A model generated the notes under the pieces. It was not told where the DNA came from. It ran no database searches and saw only the letters and a program-made list of their open reading frames with translations. Below are positions 24,785 through 37,280 of a DNA stretch of 64,000 nt, piece by piece (the stretch's first letter is position 1; the number at the start of each line of letters is the position of its first letter). This stretch comes from Heterodontus francisci. Lineage: Eukaryota. The stretch is from assembly GCF_036365525.1 (NCBI RefSeq), contig NW_027142325.1, positions 248,001-312,000 on the forward strand, read 5' to 3'. The position numbers were made by a program, and so were the translations under genes.

Positions 24785-24800
24785 AAAGGAGCAGGACTGA
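24785..24800 (+). CDS. Putative terminal coding exon (R)KEQD*
   Basis: tcttgttttgtccccag acceptor; joining in phase 2 to the TM exon gives AGA AAG GAG CAG GAC TGA; AATAAA ~280 nt downstream in non-repetitive sequence. Confidence 0.6.
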
Positions 24801-25080
24801 TCCATCGCAGGAGGCTGAGAAACTGAATGTTCAAACCGCAATATAAACCTGTTCCACTCGCCCTGCACTGAATCTCATCCAGCAATTTAAACTGGACTTG
24901 CTTTGGTCATCATTCACTGTGTGATCCTGGGTACTGAGTACAAAATTCGTCCTGTTAATCAGCTATTCAGCAAGGTTCTGCATCACACTGTGATGATCAT
25001 TTAGACTTAGTGGGACAGTGTAACATGGGTGATAGCGAATCAACAGCCCGATTTAAATCCCTGCCATTGGCTGGAATGGA

Positions 25081-25086
25081 AATAAA
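25081..25086 (+). promoter_or_regulatory. Candidate polyadenylation signal of the Siglec-15-like gene
   Basis: AATAAA downstream of the putative stop codon. Confidence 0.4.
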
Positions 25087-25379
25087 AATGGGGAGAGATA
25101 TAAAGCAGGCTGCTGATTGGCCGTTTTACACTATCACACAAAGTCCAGATGACCCCGTTACTCTGAATGGAATCTGAATGTGAACATTCTCAATATCAGT
25201 CTGTCTAAATGGCCAGGCTTTATTTATGGTGTAAACAGTGGGAGAGCTCATGGGGCAGAGGTGACTGTGAGTAGGACAGGTTTGAAACCCCAATTATTCC
25301 AGCTGCTTTGCTCAGGGAACTGGCTGCTGTTTCTAGCTCCTCGGCTGTGACGGGAGATTCTGCTGGAGGTCAGTCAGCT

Positions 25380-25740
25380 GGGCGGCACAGTGGCGCAGTG
25401 GTTAGCACTGCAGCCTCACAGCTCCAGGGATCCGGGTTCGATTCTGGGTACTGCCTGTGTGGAGTTTGCAAGTTCTCTCTGTGTCTGCGTGGGTTTTCTC
25501 CGGGTGCTCCGGTTTCCTCCCACAAGCCAAAAGACTTGCAGTTTGGTAGGTAAATTGGCCGTTATAAATTGTCACTAGTGTAGGTAGGTGGTAGGGAAAT
25601 ATAGGGACAGGTGGGGATGTTTGGTAGGAATATGGGATTAGTGTAGGATTAGTATAAATGGGTGGTTGATGTTCGGCACAGACTCGGTGGGCCGAAGGGC
25701 CTGTTTCAGTGCTGTAGCTCTAATCTAATCTAATCTAATA
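25380..25740 (+). mobile_element. HE1-type SINE, full length
   Basis: A box tggcgcagtgg, B box ggttcgattct, (ctaat)n tail. Confidence 0.9.
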
Positions 25741-26475
25741 ACTGATCTCAGAGTGAATCTGTGCTTTTACTGTCAGTCGATCAAAGTTACATGATGGAGC
25801 TGCAATGATTGTGAACAGTGCAATAAATAATTCTTTGTGTATGTACTTTGGCTCCTCCTTAGCATCGCCTTTTACTACATTTCATAGAATCATACAGCAC
25901 AGAAGGAGGCCATTCGGCCAATTGTGCCTGTACTACCTCCTTGAAAGAGAGTTCCAATTAGTTCGACTCAACTGCTCTTTCCCCATAACCCTGCAAAGTC
26001 TTCCCTTTCAAATATTTATCCAATTCCCTTTTGAAAGTTACTATTGAATCAGGCAGAACATTCCAGATCAGAACTCACTGTGTAAAAAATGTCTCCTCTT
26101 GTCACAGATCAGGCAGCATCTGTGGAGTGAGAAACAGAGTTAACATTAGTATTGAATCCGCTTCCACTGCCCTTTCAGGCAGTGCATTCCAGATCACAAC
26201 AACTCGCTGTGTAAAATAACTGTCTCCTCATCTCACTTCTGCTTCTGGTTCTTTCTTAGCTCTGTGTCCTTTGGTCACTGAACACTTGAGAACCAATTTT
26301 GGGATGTGGTAGCCCTGGTGAGGCCAGCATTTATTGCCCATTCTAATATGAATAGGAAGGGAATAGAGGGATATGGGCCCCGGAAGTGCAGAAGGTGTTA
26401 GTTTTGGCAGGCATCAAGATCGGCGCAGGCTTGGAGGGCCGAATAGCCTGTTCCTGTGCTGTACTGTTCTTTTTT

Positions 26476-26818
26476 TTTAGAGATACAGCACTGAAACAGG
26501 CCCTTCGGCCCACCGAGTCTGTGCCGACCATCAACCACCCATTTTATACTAATGCTACACTAATCCCATATTCCTACCACATCCCCACCTGTCCCTATAT
26601 TTCCCTACCACCTACCTATACTAGGGGCAATTTATAATGGCCAATTTACCTACCAACCTGCAAGTCTTTTGGCTGTGGGAGGAAACCGGAGCACCCGGAG
26701 AAAACCCACGCAGACACAGGGAGAACTTGCAAACTCCACACAGGCAGTACCCAGAATTGAACCCAGGTCGCTGGAGCTGTGAGGCTGCGGTACTAACCAC
26801 TGTGCCACTGTGCCGCCG
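26476..26818 (-). mobile_element. HE1-type SINE, full length
   Basis: Reverse complement of the 25380 copy, with A-tail. Confidence 0.9.
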
Positions 26819-27649
26819 CTCTTTGTACCCTTGAGAAGGTGGTGGTGGGTCATGTGGGTTCTCTTGTTGAATCACTGCAGGCTGTGTGGTGATGGTCCTC
26901 CCACAATGCTGTCAGGGTAGGAGTTTGAGGAGTTTGACCCAGAGACAATGAAGGAACAACGTTTGGATGGAGTGTGACTTAGAGGAGAACGTGGAAGTGA
27001 TGGTGTTTCCATGTACCTCCTGCCCTGGTTCTTCTAGCTCGTGGCTTTGGAAGGTGCTGCTGAAGAAGCTTTGGTGAGTTGTCCATTCGATATTACACGT
27101 TGTAGCTACAATTTGCCAGTGATGGAGGGAGTGAATGTTTAACGAATGTAATTGAGATAAATTTATATCCCATCAGGTCAGTATTTGATAGGACTGTGTA
27201 GAAGGAGCGCTACTCTCTATCGAACCCGTGCAGTACCTGCTGTGATGTTTGATGGGACAGAGTACAGGAAGCTAGCTGTTCCGTGCAGTGCTAGCGACGG
27301 ATGTGGGTTAATCGTCATCCCCACACCCAATCTCCCCATGAATTAATTTAAAGTTTGCTGGACATTCTGATAACAATACTGAAAGCTAATGCAGCATGTT
27401 TCATTCTCACGTGATGCTGTGGTTTGCGCCTCTTGTTTGCCAACAGTTATATCAATGCCACACCTCTGCTGTAAGGCCTATCTGGAACCTCTGTTGCTGC
27501 GTTTCTTGGAAAGCCTACCCAAACTGATCTTCAACATTGTCTAGAAAGAACTGTTCTGGGAAGATCCCAGTGACAGCTGTCTGGATGCATTTGGGACTCC
27601 AAAACAAAGGACATCTTTCCATATCTTCTCTTTTTTTAATTCATTCATT

Positions 27650-29115
27650 GGATGTGGTGTCAAGCTTCCTGAGTGTTGTTGGAGCTGCACTCATCCAGGC
27701 AAATGGAGAGTATTCCATCACACTCCTGACTTGTGCCTTGTAGTTGGTGGACAAGCTTTGGGGAGTCAGGAGGATTCCGAGCCTCTGATCTGCTCTTTTA
27801 GCCATGGTAGTTATATGGCCACTCCTGTTCAGTTTCTGGTCAATGATAACCCCAGATTGTTGATAGTGCGGGATTCAGCAATCGTAATGCCATTGAATGT
27901 CAACGGGAGATGTTGGAGGTCTCTCTTTTTGGAGATTGTAATTGCCTGGCGTTTGTGTGGTGGGAATGTTACTTGCCACTTATCAGCCCAAGCTTGGATA
28001 TTGTCCAGGTTTTGCTGCATTTATACACAGACTGCTTCAGTATCCGAGGAATCGCGAATGGTGCTGAACATTGTGCATTCATCAGCAAGCATCCCAACTT
28101 CTGACCTTATGACTGAAGGAAGGTCATTGATGAAGCTGCTGAAGGTGGTTGGGCCTAGGACATTACCCTGCAGAACACATGCAGTGCTGTCCTGGGACTG
28201 AGATGCTTGACCTCCAACAACCGCAACCATCTTCCTTTGTGCTCGGTAGGACTCCAGCTAGTGGAGAGTTCTCCCTCTGATTCCCATTGACCTCAGTTTT
28301 GCTAGGGCTCCTTGATGCCATACCTGGTCAAATGCTGCCTTGATGTCAAGAGCAATCACTCTCACCTCACCTCTGTAGTTCAGCTCTTTTGCCCATTTTT
28401 GAACCAAAAGGTCAGGAACTGAGTGACTCTGGCAGAACCTAAACTGAGCATCAGTGAGCAGGTTATTGCGAAACAAGTGCCAATTGATAACACTGTCGAC
28501 GACACCTTCCATTACTTTACTGATGATTAAGAGTAGACTGATAGGGTGGTAATTAGCCGGGTTGGATTTGTCCTGATTTTCCTGTACAGGACATATCTGG
28601 GAAATTTTCCACATTGCAGGGTCGATGCCAGTGTTGAAGCTGTACTGGAACAGTTTGGCTCGGGGCACGGCAAGTTCTGGAGCACAGGTCTTCAGTACTT
28701 TTGCCAGAATGTTGTCAGGTCCCGTAGCCTTTGCAGTATCCAGTGCCTTCAGTTGTTACTTGATATCACCTGGAGTGAATCAAATTGGCTGAAGACTGGC
28801 ACCTATGATGCTGGGGACCTCAGGAAAAGGCTGAGATGTCTTTAGACTTATCTTTTGCACTGATGTGTTGGGCTCCCCCATCATTGAGGATGGGATATTT
28901 GTGGAGCTACCTCCTCCACTTAGTTGTTTAATTGTCTGCCACCATTATTCACGACTTGATGTGGCAGGACTGCAGAGCTTAGATCTGTTCTGTTGGTTGT
29001 GGGATTGCCTAGCTCTGTCTATCACATGCTGCTTACACTGTTTGGCACACGTAGTCCTGTAGTCCTGTGTTGTAGCTTCACCAGGTTGACACCTCATTTT
29101 GAGGTATGCCTGGCT
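27650..29115 (-). mobile_element. Second CR1/L2-group LINE family, RT region, degraded
   Basis: NPANYHPISLL, ALDIKAAFDQVWH, QGNVLGPT, LADE motifs on the minus strand. Confidence 0.85.
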
Positions 29116-30263
29116 CTCCACTCTACTTTGAACTTGCTATATGTGCATGCTAACTTTCTGCATTCCTTGTGCAAGTACATCCAAGTCTCTCTGAACATCA
29201 ACATTTCAAAATTTCTCACCTTTAACAAAATATTCTGCATTTCAGTTCTTACTACCAAAGTGAATAACCTCACCCTTCCCCACTTTGTACTCCATCTGCC
29301 ACCTTGTTGCCCACTCACTTTACCTGTCCATATCTCTTTGCGGCCTCATCCTCACAGCTTGCATTGCCAGCTAGCTTTGTACCATCACCAAACTTAGATA
29401 CATTGCTCTCAGTCTCGTAATCTAAGTCATTAATATAAATTGTAAATAGCTGAGGCCCTAGCACTGATCCTTTTGGCACTCCACTAGTTACAGTCTGCCA
29501 ACTTGAAACTGCCCTGTTGATCCCTGCTCTCTGCTTTCTGTCTGTTAACCAATCATCTGCCATGCTAATATTACCCCCAACTCCATGCAGCTTTATCTCA
29601 TGTATTAGCTCTTTGTGTGGCAACTTATTGAATGCCTTTTGGAAATACAAGAATACTACACCTACCATCTAACCCCGATAATCTTCGATTCCCTTGCCTA
29701 ACAAGAATCTATCTACCCCCGCCTTAAACTTATTCAATGACCCTGCCTCTACCACCTTCTGAGGCAGAGAGTTCCAAAGTCGCACAACCCTCAGAGAAAA
29801 TATTTCTCCTCATCTCTGTCCTAAAAGGGTGACTCCTAAATTTAAAACAGTTCCCCCCTAGTTCTGGACACAAGAGGAAACATCCTTTCTACACCCACCT
29901 TGTCAAGATCATTCTGGATCTTATATACTTCAATCACGTCTCCCCTCACTCTTCTAAACTCCATTGAAAACAAGCCCAGTCTGTCCAACCTTTCCTCATA
30001 AGACAACCTACTCATTCCAGATATCTATTTTGTAAATCTCCTCTGAACCACCTCCAACGCATTCACATCCTTCCTTAAATAAGGAGACCAAAACTGCATA
30101 CAGTTTTCTCGATATGGTCTCACCAATGCCCTGTGTAACTGAAGCGTAACATCCTTACTTTTATTTTCAATTTCTCTCGTAATAAAGGATAGCATTTCAT
30201 TAGCCTTCTTTATTACTTGCTGTACCTGTGTACTAACGTTTTGTGATTCATGCACGAGAATAC
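29116..30263 (-). mobile_element. CR1 ORF2 fragments
   Basis: [37 protein letters not shown]. Confidence 0.85.
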
Positions 30264-31139
30264 TGTCAGGCAAACCCCACCTGCCCCTCCACCCTCACCT
30301 GCCAAGACTGAGGCACACATTATTCTGCCACATGAACATTAAAACTTAAAATTGCAAGCTCCTGACTGGAAAGACATTTGCACGATAACAGATAGTGTTG
30401 GAACAAGAGACAAAGGACCATGCCCTGACCCATTCAACCAACAATGGACTTTTGATTACCAGATGTTGATGGTGAGGGGAGCTCGCATTCCAGGTGCTAA
30501 GATAGCAGAATCCACAAATGCAGAAGTGGTCAGACCAGTTTTAGTCACATGATTAGCTGGCTGTTGAAATTTGAACTTCCAACAAAGGATTTGAACTCTG
30601 AAGGCTGTTAGCTCCTGGACTAAAAAGACATGTCTGCCTGTCCATCTCCTTCCCATGGAACTGAATCTTGTGAAAACATGTGAACCACAAACTTTTCTTC
30701 TCTTTTCTGCCCCTATCTGCATGTGTATGTCGCATGTGCATGCTAGCCTGGGCGCATCGTATATCCATAGGCGTGAACTTTATTAGAGATTAAGTAAGTT
30801 TAATAAATTTCACTTTTCTTCTTTAAGCCAAAGAAAGCCTGTTTGTGCTCATTTCTTTGCCTTATAATTGGAAAGCTGTGAACAAGGATTCACAAAAAGG
30901 GAGCTCAAAACAGAGTGTGTTTAAAATTCAACCCTGTTACAATAAGACCAGGTGAAGATAGTAACAGACCTCTAGACATCTTTCTCACCTGGTCGTAACA
31001 GAAATTGGGTGCTAGCATCAGGAATTTTACCCACAGACGAACGAGTGAAATTGGAAGTGAGAAGCCAAATTTTTCCCAATCAAAACGAGCAAAGATCAAT
31101 ACAGGTTTTCTTGTGATTGTGTGCTATTGAATATTAACA

Positions 31140-32760
31140 TGTCTGCAACTGAAGTGAGTAGCTCTCCAAGCCAGGGTAAAGTAATTTGCGATAGGTTAAA
31201 AGCACTGTCTATGAAGGAGTTGAGGAAAATGGCCGAGCAGTGTGGAATCACAGTAGGTGGCAAGGATAGGAAGCCTGAACTCCTAAGGCTAGTGGCCCAC
31301 CATTTTTCTCTCGAATTAGGAGATGCAGAAGCAGTGTTAGAAACAGAATCTGACAGGGTATTGTTTGCAAAGATACAATTGTTTAGTTTAGTTTAGAGAT
31401 ACAGCACTGAAACAGGCCCTTCGGCCCACCGAGTCTGTGCCGACCATCAACGACCCATTTAAACTAATCCTATTCCTACCACATCCTCACCTGTCCCTAT
31501 GCTTCCCTACCACCTACCTATACTGGGTAGCAAACTGGCAAGCAATTTATAATGGCCAATTTACCTATCAACCTGCAAGTCTTTGGCATGTGGGAGGAAA
31601 CCGGAGCACCCGGAGGAAACCCACGCAGACACAGGGAGAACTTGCAAACTCCACACAGGCAGTACCCAGAATTGAACCCGGGTCACTGGAGCTGTGAGGC
31701 TGCGGTGCTAACCACTGCACCACTAACCACTGCGCCACTGTGCCGCCCTTGGACCAGAGGAGACTTGAATTTGAGGAAAGGGAGAGAAAGAAAGAGAGAG
31801 CCTTTCAGAAGGAATGTGAAGAAATAGAGAGAGAGGCAAGAGAGAAAGAAAGACAGGAGAAGAAATGAGGAAGAGAGAGAGAGAGAGCGAGAGAGAAAGA
31901 ATATTCCGGAAAGAATCCGAAGAAAGAGAGTTGAAGCGGCTTGAGTGATGGAGTAACCCCAGTGAAAGAATGGCCAATATGGAGGAGCATATTTCAGGGC
32001 TGGGTACAGGATTGCTAAAACGCATTCAGTTAATTCCACAATTCAATGAGGAAGATGTGGAAGTATTTTTTGTGTCGTTTGAGAAACTGGCAAGTGAACT
32101 AAAATGGCCATCTGAGACCTGGTCTCTCTTATCGCAAAGCAAACTAACTGGAAAAGCCCATGAGGTTTATTCCTTGTTGCCAGATGAGAGTTCATTAAAT
32201 TATGAAGTGACCAAAAATGCTATCCTCTGGTCATATGAATTAGTACCCGAAGCCTTTCGCCAAAAGTTTAGAACCCTCAAAAAGCAAGCCAATCAAACTT
32301 ATCTGGAGTTTGAAAGAAGCAAGCAGCTGGCTTTTGACCAATGGCTGAGTTCTTTAAAAATCCAGCTCAGCTATGAGACTCTCAGAGAAGTAATCCAGTT
32401 AGAGGAATTTAAAAACTCTCTCCCATTCTCAATAAAGACCCATGTAGAGGAGCAGTGGGTTCAGAGAGCCCGGCAAGCGGCCGTTCTGACCGATGAGTTT
32501 GCTTTAATTTATAAGTCGGTTTCCCAGGGAGAACCTTTCTTAATCACCCCCACAAATCCGAAAAGGACAAAGGGTGGGAAGGTGATAGAAGCCCAGACAG
32601 TCCTGGGAGAGAAAGGAAAGCAGGAGACACAGGGGGCCCTCCTCCAGCAAAAAAGGAAGGTGCAGTGAGCAAGAGTGAGACCCGAAGATCTGTGTGCTTC
32701 CATTGTAATAAAGCAGGGCATTTAAACGCTGACTGCTGGAAACTAAAGGGGAAACCGGGA
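31140..32760 (+). pseudogene. Disrupted gag with SCAN-like capsid domain and CCHC zinc knuckle
   Basis: FFVSFEKLA..WP..W..LTGKA..YELVPEAFRQKFR..LEEFKNSLP; CFHCNKAGHLNADC; interrupted by a SINE and frameshifts. Confidence 0.82.
31381..31748 (-). mobile_element. HE1-type SINE inserted in gag
   Basis: SINE body in reverse, (ctaaa)n tail, short duplication in the A-box region. Confidence 0.88.
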
Positions 32761-33569
32761 GGGTTAATCAGGGCACATCCACTCAATGACCTGATGCAAA
32801 GCACAGCAGAACAAGCTGTGGCTTTTACGAAAGACCAACCCCCGCATAAGACAGCAGTTTGACTGGCCAAAACTCCACAAAGAGGTGGTGGAGTACTGCA
32901 AGAATTGCCACATGTTCCAGGTTGAGGGGAAACCCCAAGCTACAGTGAAACCTGCAGCCCTAAATCCTGTACTGGTGTTAGGAGGACCCACCAGCAGAGG
33001 GCTGGTGAACTGTAAGGGACCCCAAATGAGAACAAAAGGAGGCAGGAAGGCACACGGCTGGCAAAAGTTTAGAAAGAGAAAGGGAAAAAGTGACCAACAG
33101 GGCAGGTTAAAGGAAGTCCAGGAAGAATCCTGGATGAAAACCTCTGCTGTCTGGTCAACCAACCCCGATAAATGTGAATGACTAGACCCCACAACCTCCT
33201 ATGTAAATGTAGATTCCAGAAGCACCCCACCAGCACTGCTAACAGCATTTACAGGAACCTGTAGAGACCAAAAGACCTCTAGGGGGCACAGAAACCGTGA
33301 GGGTGATGCCTCATCTCGTCGAAGTGACACAGGCGAGTGCAGTTAAGTCTGCAGAAATACCTGCAGGTAGGAGTGTCCCCAGAGAACAAAGGAGAGAGTA
33401 ACAAAGGCTCCTCCCCCACAGTCAGAGGAAAAGGGAACCACCCATCCCCTGAAGTCAAAAGTCTTTGCAAGACTCAGATAATTCAGGATTGACCCGCCCA
33501 CAACTAACTCTCCTGAGAAAAAAAGGGGGAAATTAAAACAGCCCTGGCATCCAGTAAAGACCATTTTTA

Positions 33570-34985
33570 TTAGTCATAGAGTCTTACAGCATAGAAACAG
33601 GCTCTTAGGCCCACCGCGTCCATGCCGACCATAATGCCTATCTATACTAATCCCACCTGCCTGCATTAATTCCATATCACTCTATGCCTCGCTCATTCAA
33701 GTACCTGTCCAGATGCCTCTTAAATGTCGCTACTGTTCCTGCCTCCACCACCTCCTCAGGCAGCTCATTCCAGATACCCACTATTCTTTGTGTGAAATAT
33801 TTACCCCTTTGATCCCCTTTAAACCTCCTCCCTCTCACCTTAAATCTATGCCCTCCAGTTGTCAGTCACCCCTACCATGGGAAACAGACTCTGGCTATCT
33901 ACCCTATCTATGCCTCTCATAATTTTATATACCTCTATCATGTTCCCTCTCAGCCTCCTTCGCTCCAGGGAAAACAGACACAGCCTGTCCAATCTCTCTT
34001 TATAATTCAAGCCCTCCAAACTTGGCAACATCTTTGTGAATCTTTTCTGCACCCTCTCTAGCTGAATCACATCTTTCCTGTAGTGCGGCGACCAGAACTG
34101 CACACAGTACTCCAAATGCGGCCTAACCAACGTTATGTACAACTGTAACATGACGTCCCAACTCTTGTACTCAATGCCTCGGCCGATGAAGGCAAGCATG
34201 CCATACGCCTTCTTCACCACCCTGTCTACCTGTGTTGCCACTTTCAGGGAACTATGTACTTGCACCCCAAGGTCTCTCTGCTCAACAACACTCCTCAGGG
34301 CCCTGCCATTCACTGTATATGTCCTGCCCTGGTTTAACTTCCCAAAATACATCACTTCACACTTGTCTGCATTAAATTCCATTTGCCACTCCCTTGCCCT
34401 CTTTCCCAGTTGGTCTATATCCTGTTGTAACCTTAGACAACCTTCTTCACTGTCCACTACTCACCAATTTTGGTGTCATCTGCAAACTTACTAATCATGC
34501 CCCCTACATTCACATCCAAATCATTAATATATATGACAAACAACAGAGGGCCCCGCACCGATCCTTGCGGCACACCACTGGTCATCGGCCTCCAATGTGA
34601 AAAACAACCCTCCACTACCACCCTCTGCCTCCTATCACTAAGCCAATTTTGTATCCAATTTGCTAGCTCACCCTGGATCCCATGCGGGACCTTGTCAAAG
34701 GCCTTGCTAAAGTCCATGTGGATAACGTCCATCGCCCTGCCCTCGTCAATCCTCTTGGTCACCTCCTTGAAAAACTCAATCAAATTCGTGAGACATGATT
34801 TCCCACACACAAAGCCATGCTGACTATCCCTAATCAGACCATGCCTTTCCAGATGCATATAAATCCTGTCTCTCAGAATCCCTTCCAATAACTTTCCCAC
34901 CACTGATGTAAGGCTCACCGGCCTGTAGTTCCCTGGTTTATCCCTGCTGCCCTTCTTAAATAAAGGCACAACATTAGCTATCCTA
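33570..34985 (-). mobile_element. CR1 3' portion inserted in the LTR element
   Basis: ORFs 34457-34969 and 33846-34457 encode CR1 RT (FADD) and C-terminus; ctatgact tail. Confidence 0.9.
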
Positions 34986-35284
34986 ATAGCCTAATTAACT
35001 ATCCTAATTGACTATCCTATTAACTATAGGCTTTAAGAAGGGATATGAATGAGAGAAATGCATGGTTTTTCTTTCTGTATCTTATATTTCTCTCAAACCC
35101 TGCCATTTTTGTTCAAATCACACTTCATTCCCCTGGATGTGGAGGTGTCAGGCAAGCCCACCCACCACCTCCCCCACCCCCCCCCCCCCACCCCCACCCC
35201 ATCCTCCCCGCCCACCTGCAAGAATGAGGAAAATTAATTCTGCCACATGAACATTGATTTTAAACTATTGCTGGTGAATCAAGT

Positions 35285-35820
35285 GCAGGGGGCAGCGTAC
35301 CATCCTGGAATCACGTCTGCGACTACAGAAACGCCTGTTTGTTCCCCTAACTATAGAATCCCCAGTTGCTATTGCTTTTCTGATCTTCCTCCCCACCCCT
35401 GTACAGATGAGCCACCCTTTGGGCCATGGTCTTGGTACTGGCTGTACTTCCCCGATGGACCATTGGCCTCACCAGTATTCGGAACTGGACACTGGTTGGA
35501 GATCAAGATGCTCTCAGCAGATTCGTGCAATACCTGCTGCATCCTCCTTGTCCATCTGGCTGTTGCCCAATCGTTGCTACCTTCTCTCTCCTAAGCTGTG
35601 GGGCGACTGCATCCAGAAACGTGCTTTCCTCAAAACTCACAGTCTAGCAAAACAGCACGCTGACGGGAGCTGCTTTTCCAGCTCTGAAATTCAGAGCTCG
35701 AGCTCCTCCAGCTGATGACCCTTGCTGCACATGTGATTGTCCAGGACAGGAGAAGAGTCCTGCAGTTCCCACATGGAACAGGATGAGCATTTCATGGGAC
35801 TGAGGTGCACTACCATGTCT
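35285..35820 (-). mobile_element. CR1 ORF1 fragment
   Basis: Minus-strand CSSCSMWE...HMCSK zinc-finger start, as in ORF1 at 36249. Confidence 0.6.
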
Positions 35821-36248
35821 TTCTTTATTGTACTATTAACTAACTTATCAGAAATAAATATAAGACCAAAAGAAATAGTCACCAGCTACTCACTGATCAG
35901 CTTATTCTCTTATGCTGATGTTGCTTTAGGTTTTTTGTAACTCGCTCCCAGACACTCACTCTCCCCAGAGTGGGAGCATTATATATTTGGGCAGTGGCTG
36001 AACCCGAGACACTACACATGTAGTGTCTCCCACCCGCCCTCCTCCTCTAACCAAAAAAAAAGGACTCTGGTGTGTTGATAAGGTAAGCTTTTTTATTTCT
36101 TCTGTATTGTGTGATTGGTTAAAAATCTACTTTCTTTTTTTGATTTATCTATTAATTGGTTATTTGAAAAAGACCATAGCAGAGAAGTATCAGAAAGTAT
36201 TTAACTCATAAATTTATATAAAGTAATAAAGTAATTAACTAAGTAGAA

Positions 36249-37200
36249 ATGGCTGGGCAGGTGATGTGCTGTAGCTGTATGATGTGGGAGCTGGCTGTCC
36301 CCATTGTGAACGGCAGGGACCACATCTGCAGCAAGTGTTGGTTGCTGGAAGAACTCCGGCTCAGAGTTGATGATCTGGAATCTGAGCTTCAAACACTACG
36401 GCACATCCGGGAGGGGGAGAGTTACCTGGACGTTTTGTTTCAGGAGGCAGTCACACCTGGTAGATTAAGTAATTCAAATTCAGTTAGTGATCAGGGACAA
36501 CAGGGTGTGATTGCAAGTGAGGCAGGTAGGGGGATCCTGAGTTCAGGAGTGGAGGAGCCTCAGCCTTTGACCTTATCCAACAGGTACGAGATACTTGCTC
36601 CCTGTCTGGATGAGGAAAAGGGCTGCGGGGAGGATGAGCCAACTGACCATGGCACCATGGTGCAGAAGGCCATTCAAGAGGGGGGAGCAAAAAGACAAGT
36701 GGTAGTTTTTGGAGATTCTATAATTAGGGGGATAGATAGTATCCTTTGCAAGCCGGATCGGGAGTCCCGCATGGTGTGTTGCCTGCCCGGTGCCAGGGTG
36801 CAGGACATCTCTGACCGGCTTGAAAGGATATTGGAGCGGGAGGGGGAGGATCCAGTTGTTGTGGTCCACATTGGGACTAACAACATAGGCAAGGCTAGGA
36901 TGGAGGACCTGTTTGGGGATTATAAAGCACTAGGAGCGAAATTAAGGAACAGGTCCTCGAGGGTCATAATTTCCGGATTACTGCCCGAGCCACGTGCAAA
37001 TTGGCTTAGGGATAAGAATACTAGGGAAGTAAACAGGTGGCTAAGGGAGTGGTGTGGGAAAGAGGGGTTCCATTTCATGGGGCATTGGCATCAGTTTTGG
37101 AACCGGGGGGATCTGTACCGATGGGACGGTCTCCACTTGAACTGATCTGGAACCAGTGTTCTAGTGAAACGGATAAATAGGGTGGTCTCTAGGACTTTAA
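36249..37200 (+). pseudogene. CR1 ORF1: zinc finger/coiled coil + SGNH esterase; premature stop at 37143
   Basis: CCSCMMWE..HICSKC; FGDSIIRG, HIGTNN, DGLHLN. Confidence 0.9.
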
Positions 37201-37280
37201 ACTAGTGACTCAGGGGGCAGGGAAAGGGAAAACGACAGGGAGTATGATGGTAAATAAAAAGGTAAGCAGCAGGTTAACGT

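Larger units (their letters stand above)
30264..35280 (+). mobile_element. Internally deleted Gmr1-like Gypsy LTR retrotransposon
   Basis: 5' LTR 30264-31000 (TGTCA..TAACA); degenerate tRNA-Pro-type PBS; gag; integrase zinc-finger remnant at ~32830-32920; purine tract and start of the 3' LTR tgtcaggcaa at ~35146. Confidence 0.82.

Noticed and set aside
5498-24800. Assigning the symbol SIGLEC15
   Set aside because: Domain architecture differs (V-V, no C2) and orthology cannot be shown without synteny or phylogeny.
25380-25450. tRNA genes
   Set aside because: The A/B boxes belong to SINE heads that continue into SINE body and tail.
31970-32668. Domesticated SCAN-domain host gene
   Set aside because: Lies between LTRs after a PBS and is disrupted by a SINE and frameshifts; no C2H2 array.
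36249-37145. Host GDSL/SGNH lipase gene
   Set aside because: It is the ORF1 esterase of a CR1 element, directly upstream of ORF2.
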